From Candidatus Marinacidobacterales bacterium (GTDB lineage Bacteria > Acidobacteriota > Vicinamibacteria > Marinacidobacterales > SMYC01): 64,000 bases of DNA. Every line of letters begins with the position of its first letter. The stretch's first letter is position 1. Below are positions 34,073-44,252 of the stretch, one piece after another. The stretch is taken from assembly GCA_965224085.1 (NCBI GenBank), contig CBDCYI010000009.1, positions 802,951 through 866,950 of the forward strand, in the 5' to 3' direction. The notes under the pieces are model-generated. The model was not told the DNA's origin, did not search any database, and saw only the letters and a list, made by a program, of their open reading frames with translations. The position numbers and the translations under genes were made by a program.

Positions 34073-34969
34073 ATGGAACAGATGCTGTGCATTCGCCGCC
34101 CACTCGTGACTGCTCTCGCCGGCTCTGCGCTCTTGGCGTGCTTGATGGCCGAGACAGCCTTGGCGCAGGGCACGCCGTGGATCGCCGAGCCGGGGACTGG
34201 CACCATCAACCTGTCGTACGTGAACCAGAACGCCGCCGAGTTCTACCGTCAGACCACGCAGGTGAAGGGGCCACTCGAAGCCACCGGCGCACACCTGTCG
34301 CAGAACACCGTGTGGATCGGCGTCAACTACGCGCTCACGGATGCTGTGGCTCTCGACGTGCAGTCGGGATGGGCCCGGAGCTTCGTGCCGGGACCGGTCG
34401 GGCCGACCCCGGAGGAAAGCCTCAGCGGCCTGGTAGATTCCAACATCGCCGTGACGTGGCGCTTGGTTGACGAGCTGGTCGGCAATGCGCTGAGCGTCGC
34501 GCTCCGCGGGGCCGTGATCGCCGCCGGCCGTTACGACACCGCCTACTTCAACTCCATCGGTGACGGCGGCAGCGGGGCCGAGGCGTCGATCATCGCCGGC
34601 CGGTTCGCCCGCCGGTTCGGCTTCTCCACGGAGCTCGGCTACCGGTACCGCACCTCGGAACTGGACATCCCGGCGGACATCTTCGCCAACCTGGCCGCCT
34701 TCATTCCGGTCGGCGACGTGGTGACGCTCAGCGTCGACTACCGGCTGGTCAACGCCACGTCCGGGATCGACATCGGCGGCCCCGGCTTCTCGCCGAGTCG
34801 ATTCCCCGAGTTGCAGGAGGACCGCCACATCGTGGGAGGACGGCTGCTAGCCAACGTCACCGACGTCGTGAGCGTGAACGGGTTCTTCGGGCAGGTCGTG
34901 GCCGGCCGGAACACCGCTGCGTCCCGCATCTTCGGCTTCGGCCTGAGTATCGCGTTCGATACCTTCTGA
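34073..34969 (+). CDS. Putative outer-membrane beta-barrel protein
   Basis: AAGGAG RBS, signal peptide (ALA), amphipathic strands, terminal Phe. Confidence 0.65.
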   Translation: MEQMLCIRRPLVTALAGSALLACLMAETALAQGTPWIAEPGTGTINLSYVNQNAAEFYRQTTQVKGPLEATGAHLSQNTVWIGVNYALTDAVALDVQSGWARSFVPGPVGPTPEESLSGLVDSNIAVTWRLVDELVGNALSVALRGAVIAAGRYDTAYFNSIGDGGSGAEASIIAGRFARRFGFSTELGYRYRTSELDIPADIFANLAAFIPVGDVVTLSVDYRLVNATSGIDIGGPGFSPSRFPELQEDRHIVGGRLLANVTDVVSVNGFFGQVVAGRNTAASRIFGFGLSIAFDTF

Positions 34970-35018
34970 CCGCCTCACGGGACTCCCCGTCCCGCCGTTC
35001 GCGTTCCGAACGAACGCG

Positions 35019-35882
35019 TCATGGGCAGGGCGGTGCGTTCAGACTCCAGTCGTACTCGTGATCCAGCGACCCGTCGAAGCCTCGTAGCTGCTCCGCCAGC
35101 TCGTCGTCCGCGTACTTCAGCAGGTGTGCGAGCACCCCGGCGTCCGAACCGCCGAAATCCTCATGGTACCAGTAGTAGATGCTGGACACGACGGCGAACG
35201 CCTCGTCCAGAAACTCGACGCCGCGCGGGTGATTCACGTATTCCCGCGCGCCCTGATCGAGCATACGCTCCAGGTTGGCGGCGGTATAGACCTCCGGGGA
35301 CAGATTCGGACAGCCGATGCCCGCACAATTCACGGCGTAGTGGATCCGGTTATCCCGCCAGATGGGCCGCAGGATGTCGTGCTCGATGTTGTTCAGGGTC
35401 AGTTCTTTTCCGGCAACGGTCGCGTGGACATCGTCCCACGGCCCCAGCAGGGGGATCAGACCCTCGTGGATCTGCTTGATCGAGTCCACGGGATACTCGC
35501 CCAGGACCACCTGCACGGTCAGCGCGTTGTAGAGATTGATCCAGTACGCCATCTGCTCCGCCTTCGCGTAGCGCCTCGGATCGAGCCCCTGGAGGTAGTC
35601 GAGATAAACGGCGAGACGCTGCTGGTCGGCGACGTTCGCCTGCAACGCCCGGTAATCGACCAGATTGACGCCGGACGGGTCATCGGTGATCAGATAGATG
35701 TCCAGGAGCGCCTGCCAGTCGCGGTGGTCGATTCGCTCGTTGCTGGCGGCGTCGTGGTCGGCCCAGGAATGATCGTCGGGCGGCGACGTACAGGACGCCG
35801 AGGCCAGCGCCAGGAGACCAATCAAGCTAGACAGCGCCGAGTCGAAGGCGCATCTTCCTCGCGCGTGCGGCGTGCGTGTCAT
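35019..35882 (-). CDS. DUF547 domain lipoprotein
   Basis: AYWINLYNALT, TLNNIEH.ILR, RIHYAVNCA..GCP.L, YDWSLN. Confidence 0.9.
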   Translation of the reverse strand: MTRTPHARGRCAFDSALSSLIGLLALASASCTSPPDDHSWADHDAASNERIDHRDWQALLDIYLITDDPSGVNLVDYRALQANVADQQRLAVYLDYLQGLDPRRYAKAEQMAYWINLYNALTVQVVLGEYPVDSIKQIHEGLIPLLGPWDDVHATVAGKELTLNNIEHDILRPIWRDNRIHYAVNCAGIGCPNLSPEVYTAANLERMLDQGAREYVNHPRGVEFLDEAFAVVSSIYYWYHEDFGGSDAGVLAHLLKYADDELAEQLRGFDGSLDHEYDWSLNAPPCP

Positions 35883-35909
35883 CGTTGTCCTTCCGTTCCG
35901 GCTTGCTAC

Positions 35910-36197
35910 CTACGTGCCGAGTTTCCCCCGCTCGGTGAAGAGCACGACATCGACCGGGTGGAGCGCTGCGAGGGCCGTCAGGCAGGCGATGCCGTACCCA
36001 GGTGCGTCCTGGCGCACCACCCGCGCCCCCGCCTCGCTCGCCCGGAGCGCCGTGGCGTCCGTGGATCCGTTGTCGCACACGACGACATCGTCGATTAGGC
36101 GCGCGCCCTGACCGTCGCGCAACGCGAGCAGCTCGGCGACGACTGGACCGATGTTGCGTTCCTCGTTCCGCGTCGGCACGACCGCGCCGACCGTCAT
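35910..36197 (-). pseudogene. Family 2 glycosyltransferase, C-terminally truncated
   Basis: VVP.RNEE.NI, VVCDNGSTDAT, GYG.AC; stops just before the DxD motif. Confidence 0.8.
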
Positions 36198-37576
36198 CCG
36201 TGCGTACACGGCGACCGCCCTTCCACGCCATCGGACGCGCCGTCGCCCGGGCCGCGGCGCACCCGGCGGATCATGTCATAACCCATCGCCAGCAGGATAA
36301 CGCCGTACTCCACCGGGCGCACCCAGGACGGATGTCCGAAGGGATGCACCTGCAGGTCGTTCAGATTGATCCCGGTCACGTAGGCAAGGAGCACCGCTGC
36401 TGACGCCGCCCAGGCCCACGCGCTCGGACGGACCACCGCAAAGGGAAGCAGCCAGAGCAGGTACCAGGGATTGACGACCGGCCACAGGGCGAGTAGCGCA
36501 CCATAGATCCAGTCACCGCGGGGGACGGCGCCGGACGCGGATCGCCGGTAGCGGAAGTAGTACCAGACCAGGCCACCGCACAGCGCCAGCCCACACACAA
36601 GTCTGGCGGCGGGGGCGGGTATCAACGGCGTCAACAGCCCGAACAGGGCGGCGTTGAACTCCCACTCCCGCGCGAACACCGCCAGCGTCGCTAGGTCGGT
36701 GCTGCCCTGCCAGACGAAGGGAAGGTACAGTAGCGCCAGTACGCCCGCAAACGCGGCCCAGTGCACCGGCCGGCCCCGCGCCAGAACGAACGGCGCCAGC
36801 AGCAGAGCCAGCACCTTCGCGCCGGCGCTCAACGCCAGGCAGACGGCTGCGTCCCGCAAGCGGTCTCGCCGCGCCAGCACGATGGCCGCGAGCAGCAGAC
36901 AGACGGCGGCGCCGTCGTGATGCGCGGTGAAGGCGATCTCCTTGACCACCAGTGGGCACCAGGCGTAGAGCAGCACCGCGCGCGCCGGGGCCAAGCGGAG
37001 CAGCAGCCCGATGGTGATGAGATCGACGAGGATGAGCGTCGTCTGCAGCGCCGCAACGCTGCCGGGTCGCAGCCCGTAACCCACCAGGAACAGGAGCTGG
37101 GTCACCGGTCCGTAGATGGTCGGTAGCTCCGGGTGGTTAACCTGATCCAGAATCCGCTGGAACGGCGCCGGCACGCCGGGGTCGGTGAAGAACGCCTCCG
37201 GCACCGCGCCGTAGGGGGTGCCGTCCTGAACGAAGCGATAGGCGTCCCAGAGGTACCGGTAGAAGTCGTCCTCGTAGAACGGGCCGCCGAACAGGCCGCA
37301 CACGCGGAAGACCACGGCCCAGCCGATCAAGCGGCCCACCGGAAACGGCTCGGCCCGCCGACGGTGGTAGGCGTACAGGCCAAACGTCAGCAGGGAAGTC
37401 CAGCCAGCGATGCCCAGAAAGAGGGGCAACGCGGGCTCTCCCGGCTGTCGGGCGAACCAGGCCAGCACACCGTAGGCCAGCGCGCATCCGAGCCCTGCGG
37501 CGTCAATCGGTCCGGAAGCCCTCATCGACGACATCGACCTGACCCGGCGTCTCGGCCGTTGTTCGGATGGCGGCAT
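36194..37576 (-). CDS. Polytopic membrane glycosyltransferase-like protein (GT-C/GT87-like)
   Basis: EDDFYRYLWD, TIYGP, YAW.PL...E, PWY motifs; many TM helices. Confidence 0.7.
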   Translation of the reverse strand: MPPSEQRPRRRVRSMSSMRASGPIDAAGLGCALAYGVLAWFARQPGEPALPLFLGIAGWTSLLTFGLYAYHRRRAEPFPVGRLIGWAVVFRVCGLFGGPFYEDDFYRYLWDAYRFVQDGTPYGAVPEAFFTDPGVPAPFQRILDQVNHPELPTIYGPVTQLLFLVGYGLRPGSVAALQTTLILVDLITIGLLLRLAPARAVLLYAWCPLVVKEIAFTAHHDGAAVCLLLAAIVLARRDRLRDAAVCLALSAGAKVLALLLAPFVLARGRPVHWAAFAGVLALLYLPFVWQGSTDLATLAVFAREWEFNAALFGLLTPLIPAPAARLVCGLALCGGLVWYYFRYRRSASGAVPRGDWIYGALLALWPVVNPWYLLWLLPFAVVRPSAWAWAASAAVLLAYVTGINLNDLQVHPFGHPSWVRPVEYGVILLAMGYDMIRRVRRGPGDGASDGVEGRSPCTHG

Positions 37577-37801
37577 TGTATTGGTTCAGCGTGAAGATGA
37601 CAGCGAGGTTGGACGTTAACGCAATGCCCGGCGGCAGGATGTCCCCTATCGCCCCAGGGATCGTACCAGAGTGCTCGGGGGCGTCAAGGGTAAAGCGCGC
37701 TGCGCGCGCCGGCTTCGCCGCCATTGACGCCCCCTGCGCTCTCTGGTCCTCAATGCTTGTGGGCGAGAGGGAACGGAGTGGGGCTCCTGGGATCAGAGTG
37801 T

Positions 37802-38064
37802 TCATGCGGGCACCTTGTTCGCACGGCGCTCACGCCGCAGCTTCCGAGCCTGCTCGAGTTTGCGGTCTCGCTCTGACCAGATCTGGGTGGCCTTGCCATC
37901 CATGAAGTCCAGCGGCGCAATGTAGCCGATCGCGCTGTGCAGGCGAGACCCGTTGTAATATTCGACGAATCGTTCCATCAAGCGGCGAGCCTCTTCGAGG
38001 CTCGTGGGGCTGGCAGGACGCAGGGCGTCCGATTTTATCGTCTTGTGCCAACGCTCGATCTTCC
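37802..38064 (-). pseudogene. IS3-like integrase C-terminal fragment
   Basis: GKIERWHKTIK, YYN..RLHSAIGYI.P; cut exactly at the repeat terminus at 38065. Confidence 0.8.
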
Positions 38065-38289
38065 CGTCCTGTGCAAAAACTCGGCCCTTTTGAAATAGAC
38101 CATAAATCAGCAGCTTAGTGTCTGTGTTTGCGACCGGGCCAAGGGCCGTAGGCTTTACAATCGTCTGGCCCGAGGGTGTTATCTTCAGCTCCATGATGAC
38201 GTACCACGCGCAATTCCTACTGCTCGTTCTAGCTGGCTGGGTCAACCGCCAGCAGCAGGATGTGATCGACTACCTGCAAGAGGAGAACC
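38065..38289 (+). mobile_element. Left end (102-bp TIR plus transposase start) of the long-TIR rve IS, truncated
   Basis: Near-identical to the reverse complement of 57511-57290; [32 protein letters not shown]. Confidence 0.85.
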
Positions 38290-38319
38290 ATTTCCTTCTA
38301 CTGCGATGGCCCGGCTTTA

Positions 38320-38620
38320 TCAACTTGGTTGGGACCGAGCAGTCCTCTCCTTCAAGACGAACACCGGCGGGGCTCGACGCTTCAGTCGCCGAGCGTATTC
38401 CGGCCCGAACTTGATACACCAAAGTCGGATCGTTTCATAGGAAACGGTGATGCCGCGTTGAGCCAGAAGATCCTCGACATCGCGAAAGCTGAAGCAAAAT
38501 CGGTGGCACAGCCAGACCGCGTGGCTGATGATTTCGGGAGGAAATCGATATCCGCGGTAGCTCGGCGTGTCCCTTTTCATCCGCCCAGTCTGTCAGACGC
38601 CAGCTCAATTTGAAAGTACC
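38320..38620 (-). mobile_element. IS6-family 5' fragment
   Basis: GYRFPPEII.HAVWL..RF..S.RDVEDLLA.RGI.VSYETIR.W; IS6-like end GGTACTTTCAAATTGAG. Confidence 0.85.
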
Positions 38621-38694
38621 CCGCCATTAACCCTAATCGCAAATAAACGTCACCGTGTCTGAGGTCTTTGGCCCCGTGAATAGCACCTTTTCAG

Positions 38695-39161
38695 CGAACG
38701 TTCGGTGATGCCGCAGGATACAGGGGTTGGCCGGAACGTCGTTCTGGACGGTTTGGACTTCGCCAGCTTACGGCGGGTCTGGGAGCAGACCTTTGGGGCT
38801 GCTCCTCCAAGCTCGCTCTCGCGTGTTTTCCTGCGCCGCGTTCTCTTGCACGAACGCCAGTGCCGGACCCATGGCGGGCTTTCGGCCGCAACCCGGCGCG
38901 CTCTGGCTGCCATGGCGAACGAGACACCAAGCTCCGGCGCTCCCGCAGGGTCCGTTTCTGCCGGCACCGCTCTGTGTCCATCCTGCTCGACCGCAATGCG
39001 TTCGCTGCTTGCCTCTTTATGGGACCCGAACGCATTCGCGAGGATGCACTCCGCATCCTCGCACCGTTCCGCTTGCGTCGACGCGGCGTCGAGACCAAGC
39101 TTGTTCTGGGCAACCCCACGAAATCCGTCGACCGCACACTCCTGCGCAATATCGCCAACGC
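38695..39161 (+). pseudogene. Fused remnants of a DUF2924-like gene and a recombinase C-terminus
   Basis: LRRVW...FG..PP.SLS..FL...Q...HGGLS..TRR.L, then PFRLRRRGVETKLVL..D.TL...IA.A in another frame. Confidence 0.6.
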
Positions 39162-39430
39162 CGTCCTGTGCCAAAACTCGGCCCTTTTGAAATAGACCAT
39201 AAATCAGCAGCTTAGTGTCTGTGTTTGCGACCGGACCAAGGGCCGTAGGCTTTACAATCGTCTGGCCCGAGGGTGTTATCTTCAGGTCCATGATGGACGT
39301 ACCACGTGCAATTCCTACTGCTCGTTCTAGCTGGCTGGGTCAACCGCCAGCAGCAGGATATGATCGACTACCTGCAAGAGGAGAACCGTGTGCTCCGAGC
39401 CGGGCTTCGGGGCAAGCGTCTCAGGCTCTC
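39162..39430 (+). mobile_element. Second left-end fragment of the long-TIR rve IS
   Basis: CGTCCTGTGCCAAAACTCGGCCC... plus frameshifted transposase start. Confidence 0.85.
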
Positions 39431-39432
39431 GG

Positions 39433-39566
39433 GATTGCGACATCTGCTATTCTTCACTTCGGATTGGCCCTGACGAGGAGAGAACTGTGTCTTCGGAATT
39501 CTGGCTCAAACTCTAGCACGCGAGCGGGTTACGCGGCGGCCACCAACACTTGATGGCGGAAGCACC
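39433..39566 (-). mobile_element. Left end of an IS1-like element
   Basis: Terminus GGTGCTTCCGCCATCAAGTG also at 41898, 41983 and 63936(rc); 39433-39460 matches the start of ORF 41955-42323. Confidence 0.65.
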
Positions 39567-39680
39567 GTACGAGTTCCAATGGGTGGCGATACGGAACAAG
39601 AGAACCCCGGGAAGGCCTTTAATGAACTGGTGCAGTAGGCATATCGATCTGATTGCGGTTCCGCACGCCGGGAGTGAACC

Positions 39681-40850
39681 GTGAGCGGCGCTGCAAGCCA
39701 GGAGGACCTCGCGATCACGCTTGGGGTCGAGGAGGAATTCTTTCTCGTCGATCCCGGCTCCCGAGACCTGCTTGCGGACCCGGACCCCGCCATCTTCGAC
39801 ACCTGCGAGAAGACGGCCGGGCCGCATAAGGTCGTGCGTGAGTTCCTGCGCTCTCAGATCGAGACCAATACCCGCGTGTGTGGGTCGGTGGCCGAGCTAT
39901 CCCAAGCCTTGCGCGAGACCCGACGGATCGTCATTGAGGCGGCCGAGCGACACGGGGCAACAGTGATGGCTGCCTCGACTCATCCCCTCGCATCGTGGAC
40001 GGAGCAGGCACCCACGCCGCAGGAGCGTTACGCAAGGTTCGCGGTCACTTTCCAGGACAATGTGCGTCGGTTCCTCATCTGTGGCATGCACATCCACGCC
40101 GGCTTCGGCAACGCCGATTCACGCATTCGGATCATGACAGCGATCCGCCACTATCTGCCGTTGCTCCATGCACTGTCCACATCGTCGCCGTTCAACGCTG
40201 GGCGAGAGACGGGGTTCAAGTCCTGGCGGCTGACCCTCGTCGGCGGTCTCCCGCGCACCGGAATGCCGGCTCCTCTGCGGTCGCGAGCGGAATATGACCG
40301 GCTGGTTGCTGAGTACCGGCGCATGAAATTCATCAATGATGGCAGCGAGTTGTGGTGGGACATTCGCCCCTCCCACGCCTATCCGACGGTGGAGATGCGG
40401 ATCTGCGATGTTTGTACGCGCATCGAGGACGCGGTGTGCATTGCGGCGCTGTATGCGTCCCTCATTCGGCTACTGATGCGCTGGGACCGGGAAGGTACCT
40501 TGCCGCCGACACCGCTCACCGAAATCATTGCGGAGAACCGCTGGGTCGCCCAGCGCTACGGGGTACTCGCCTTCTTCGGGGATGCGACACGGGAGGACGG
40601 TCGGGTGGATATCGACGATCTTGTTGCCGACCTAGTCGAGGAACTCGCCTCCGATGCCCGCGCACTCGGCTGCGAGGCCGAGACGCGTCGCGCCCTCGCC
40701 ATCATCCGCGAAGGAACTAGCGCCGACCGGCAGGTCGACCTATTTCGCCTGCGCCGCCTGGAGGGGGACACCAAGGAGGAGGCGCTCCACAGCGTGGTCG
40801 ATCTGCTGCTAGCCGAGACCCGAAAGGGGCTCGGACAAGCGTCTCGTTGA
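39681..40850 (+). CDS. ybdK: Carboxylate-amine ligase YbdK (glutamate--cysteine ligase 2 family)
   Basis: TLGVEEEFFLVD, QIE, THP, GMHIH, SSPF, WWDIRP..YPT.E.R.CD. Confidence 0.9.
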   Translation: MSGAASQEDLAITLGVEEEFFLVDPGSRDLLADPDPAIFDTCEKTAGPHKVVREFLRSQIETNTRVCGSVAELSQALRETRRIVIEAAERHGATVMAASTHPLASWTEQAPTPQERYARFAVTFQDNVRRFLICGMHIHAGFGNADSRIRIMTAIRHYLPLLHALSTSSPFNAGRETGFKSWRLTLVGGLPRTGMPAPLRSRAEYDRLVAEYRRMKFINDGSELWWDIRPSHAYPTVEMRICDVCTRIEDAVCIAALYASLIRLLMRWDREGTLPPTPLTEIIAENRWVAQRYGVLAFFGDATREDGRVDIDDLVADLVEELASDARALGCEAETRRALAIIREGTSADRQVDLFRLRRLEGDTKEEALHSVVDLLLAETRKGLGQASR

Positions 40851-40907
40851 TCCGCGCGGGACCTGAGAAATAGGAGTTGTTGCCTCACTACAACCTTGAG
40901 CGAAGCC

Positions 40908-41182
40908 CGTCCTGTGCCAAAACTCGGCCCTTTTGAAATAGGCCATAAATCAGCAACTTAGTGTCTGTGTTTGCGACCGGGCTAAGAGCCGTGGGCTTTA
41001 CAATCGCCTTGGGGGGCGGGTCGTCACCATGCAGATGACCACCTAGTCCCCTGGGTCTTTGCTTACTATACAAAGTTAGGCTTTTCGCCAGCCCATAAGA
41101 TTCATAAGATTCATGCACTTAGAATGGTTTCGGCAAGCTCTGCTTTGTCTAGTTGTTTCTGATACATAGGACTAGTCGAGAG
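40908..41182 (+). mobile_element. Right-end fragment of the long-TIR rve IS carrying the 125-bp mini-element
   Basis: Matches the copies at 48473 and 53796 through ...GATGACCACCTAG. Confidence 0.85.
41047..41171. mobile_element. 125-bp AT-rich mini-element (MITE-like), orientation A
   Basis: Flanked by CTAG at 41043-41046 and 41172-41175; diverged reverse complement of 53936-54060. Confidence 0.85.
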
Positions 41183-41581
41183 ACTACCTCCGACCGATGG
41201 AAGCCATAAATCCTTCAGAATAAGACCCTTCCACGCCCCATGTGGAAATCGCTGTGGAAAACTCGGGCTCGGGATGCCAGATCCGCGCAAGTCCCGGCCC
41301 TCATTGAACTTTATCGAAGCGTCTCGGATTAGATTTTGTGGAAAATACGGTCCTCAAGCGATGGCTTCTCAGGCGAAACTACCCGTTGGTCGAATAAAGT
41401 GTGGCTGGCCCGAGCGGGCCGTTTCAGAGCCCATGATTACGACGGCGAGAAGGCGCAAGCCTGCCTGGGGCTTGACGCAGGACTTCATCGTCGATGCCAT
41501 CGGCCGCTACCAGACCAATGAGCGGAGAAACATGGGAGTAGACCGGCCTCTCGACATCACGCAGACCAGCGCAAAACCATC

Positions 41582-41735
41582 TTATCGTTGCTCGACAAAC
41601 ACCACTGCCTGGGCACGCACCGTGGGGGCGCGCAGGTTTCCCGTTGGCCCTACAAGCGCGTCCACGATTTCCTTGGACGCCTTCCCGCCGGGAAAGCTTT
41701 GGACTTTCTTGCCCTTGGCAACGATGACTTTGGTC
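41582..41735 (-). pseudogene. ArsC/thioredoxin-like family fragment
   Basis: VAKGKKV...LVGPTGNLRAPT.R motif. Confidence 0.5.
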
Positions 41736-41809
41736 TAAACCGCACAATCAACGCTGGATCGACTTTTTGCGGAGCACAGCCGCATGGATTCCCTTTCGAG
41801 CGGCCCGGA

Positions 41810-41897
41810 TCGCCCGGTTATCTTTCTATCCGAATAGGGCCGGGATGAGACGATTGCGAGGGCCTTGGAGCTCGGAGCCACCGATTACGTCGTCAAA
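41810..41897 (+). pseudogene. Response-regulator receiver fragment
   Basis: PVIFLSE*GRDETIARALELGATDYVVK. Confidence 0.6.
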
Positions 41898-41982
41898 GGT
41901 GCTTCCGCAATTAAGTGTTGGCGGCCAACCTCTAACCCCGTCCTGTGCCAAAACTCAGCCCTTTTGAAATAGGCCATAAATC

Positions 41983-42323
41983 GGTGCTTCCGCCATCAAG
42001 TGGTTGAATCGACGACACACTTGGGCTGCCTTCTCGAGCCAGCGGGCGACGGTGTTCCAGGCAATCCCTTCGATCCGAGAAATCGAGGAAATGCTGACGC
42101 CCTCGACTCTGAGAGCGATGACCCCATCGAAAGTAGCTCTTCGATGTTGGAGACGGTAGTAGGGCGTGCCTTTCGTCGAGGAGAACGTCTTTCCGCACTC
42201 GCCGCACCGGTATCGACGGCGTTTCCCGGACCTGGTTCGGTAGAATCCGTGGCGAACGATGTTTCCGGAACTGACTTTGCCCCGCAACGGACATGCGAGA
42301 TTGAGACATCTGCGATTCTTCAC
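41983..42323 (-). mobile_element. IS1-family InsA-like fragment (zinc ribbon plus HTH) abutting an element terminus
   Basis: C.N..C, RHG, RYRCGECGKTFS, G.SI..I.R......NTV.RW. Confidence 0.75.
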
Positions 42324-42352
42324 TTCGGCTCGGCTGTGCCTTCTATTTATAC

Positions 42353-42510
42353 ATCCGCGTGATGGAGATCACGGATATACTCAGCCAGAACGTGCCCCTG
42401 GAGGACGTGCAGTATCTGGCCGGGACACTCCAACCCCTCGGGCCACACAGATCTATGACCGGCGTAGACAGCACGTCACTCGCAACATCGTGGAGCGTGT
42501 CTCGATATGA
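42353..42510 (+). pseudogene. Tyrosine recombinase C-terminal fragment, frameshifted
   Basis: ITD.L.Q.VPLEDVQYLAG(H)...TQIYDRR...VTRNIVERVSI. Confidence 0.7.
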
Positions 42511-43061
42511 AAGAAGGACCAAGGAAGAGAGACATCCTTTCGAGGCCTGCTAGCAAGAAAGCCGCTGCACGGCCTCGTTCGGCTCCCCGCAATGAACCCA
42601 AGCCGGTGCCGGTTCCTCTGCCCGAAGGTGTCCGCTACCAGCGGGTGGGTGAAACGACGGAACGTTCCGCGCATCTCGAAAAACTCAAACAACTCTTCGA
42701 GGCGGCTCCGATCAGCCGCTACCTGGGCATGACACTCAGCTATTGCGAGAACGGCGTGCGCGTGCGTTTGCCGTTTCGGGCCGAGTTCGAAGAAAGTCAT
42801 GGCGTCATCCACGGGGGTCTCATCGGTCTGCTGGCGGACACGGCGGGGAACTTCGCGGTGGGTTCGGTCTCGCCGGGCTCCACGGTCAAGACGGTGGAGT
42901 TCAAGATGAGCTTGCTGGCGGGAGTCCAGGGAGACCTGCTCGCCATCGGAGAGGTCGTCCGCAAGAGACGCACGCTCGCCACCTGCCAGCTCGAGGTCGT
43001 TGGGGGCAACGACCATGTGGCGGCCATCGGGCTGGCCACTTATGCCCTCCAGGCTGTTTAG
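42507..43061 (+). CDS. PaaI-family thioesterase
   Basis: HGVIHGG.I..LADT, TVEFK..LL hot-dog fold. Confidence 0.85.
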   Translation: MKEGPRKRDILSRPASKKAAARPRSAPRNEPKPVPVPLPEGVRYQRVGETTERSAHLEKLKQLFEAAPISRYLGMTLSYCENGVRVRLPFRAEFEESHGVIHGGLIGLLADTAGNFAVGSVSPGSTVKTVEFKMSLLAGVQGDLLAIGEVVRKRRTLATCQLEVVGGNDHVAAIGLATYALQAV

Positions 43062-43159
43062 CCCCTAGACCAAAACGTGCTAGCCCGCTAAGCCGCGCGC
43101 TAGCCCCGGCCTCGATTCTGGATCTGTGCCTTCTATTTATTGGGAATTATAAGAAACGA

Positions 43160-43188
43160 TTGACAAGGCACCCGTGATCGTGTATTCT
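43160..43188 (+). promoter_or_regulatory. Sigma70-type promoter of the IS1595 transposase, probably leaderless
   Basis: TTGACA-N17-TATTCT, 6 bp before the ATG at 43195. Confidence 0.65.
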
Positions 43189-43194
43189 ACGATC

Positions 43195-44175
43195 ATGATG
43201 ACGCGATACAACTCCCCAGGGCGAGGGCACCGGGAAGGCATAACCGTTGTTCAGCTCATGGACATGTTCCCGACCGATGAAGCGGCAACCAAATGGTTCG
43301 AGGCTGCAATCTGGCATGGCACTCGGTGCTGCGGACATTGCGGTAGCCTCAGCACCAGCGAAGTCCCGAACGAAAAGCCGATGCCCTACTGGTGCTCCAC
43401 CTGCCGGAGCTACTTCAGCGTTCGCACGGGCACCCCTATTGCCCATTCTAAGATCGCGCTCCGCAAATGGGTTATCGCCATCTACCTCTGCTTGACTAGT
43501 CTCAAAGGCGTCTCGAGCATGAAGCTCCACCGAGACATCGGCGTCTCACAGGCCGCGGCTTGGTTCATGCTCCATCGGATTCGAGAAGCGTGGAGCGGTC
43601 CTAACGGCAAATCGTTCGCCGGGCCTGTCGAGGTAGACGAAACCTTCTTCGGCGGGAAGGCTCGCAACATGCAGCACGCCCACAAGCGCGAGCAGGCTAT
43701 TAAGGGCCGAGGATCCGCAGGGAAGACGGCCGTCATCGGCGCGAAGGACCGCCGGACGAACCGTGTCAGCGCCGAGGTCATCGGCAACACCGACCAACCG
43801 ACGCTCCAAGGCTTCGTCGCGAAGAATGTCGATCCTAGCGCGAAGCTCTACACCGACGACCACAGAGGCTATGTCGGTCTACCCAATCACGAGACGGTGA
43901 AGCACAGCGTCAAAGAGTACGTCAACGGAATGGCGCACACCAACGGGATTGAGAGCTTCTGGTCGATGCTCAAGCGGGCGCACAAGGGGACGTTCCACAA
44001 GATGAGCCCCAAGCACTTACAACGCTACGTTAATGAGTTCGCTGAGAAGCACAACATCCGCGACCTAGGAACTCTCGACCAAATGCTCGACACCGTCGCT
44101 CGGCTTGTCGGACACCGACTTCTCTACCGTGACCTCGTCGCCAAGAACGGGCTCAGTTCGATGGCGAGGTCGTAA
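43195..44175 (+). CDS. IS1595-family (ISXO2-like) transposase, apparently intact
   Basis: Zinc ribbon CCGHC...YWCSTC, KGVSS.KL.R, VEVDETF, YTDD, HTNGIES.W. Confidence 0.92.
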   Translation: MMTRYNSPGRGHREGITVVQLMDMFPTDEAATKWFEAAIWHGTRCCGHCGSLSTSEVPNEKPMPYWCSTCRSYFSVRTGTPIAHSKIALRKWVIAIYLCLTSLKGVSSMKLHRDIGVSQAAAWFMLHRIREAWSGPNGKSFAGPVEVDETFFGGKARNMQHAHKREQAIKGRGSAGKTAVIGAKDRRTNRVSAEVIGNTDQPTLQGFVAKNVDPSAKLYTDDHRGYVGLPNHETVKHSVKEYVNGMAHTNGIESFWSMLKRAHKGTFHKMSPKHLQRYVNEFAEKHNIRDLGTLDQMLDTVARLVGHRLLYRDLVAKNGLSSMARS

Positions 44176-44252
44176 GGGACTCAGCAACGCGCGGGCCAAT
44201 CTCTCCGGCGTGGCGCCGGCCAGGTCGCGCTCGGGGATGATCATCGGTGGTC

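Noticed and set aside
37802-39291. Repeated ORFs containing [32 protein letters not shown] as a new protein family
   Set aside because: They are translations of the non-coding TIR read outward, fused to whatever flanks it
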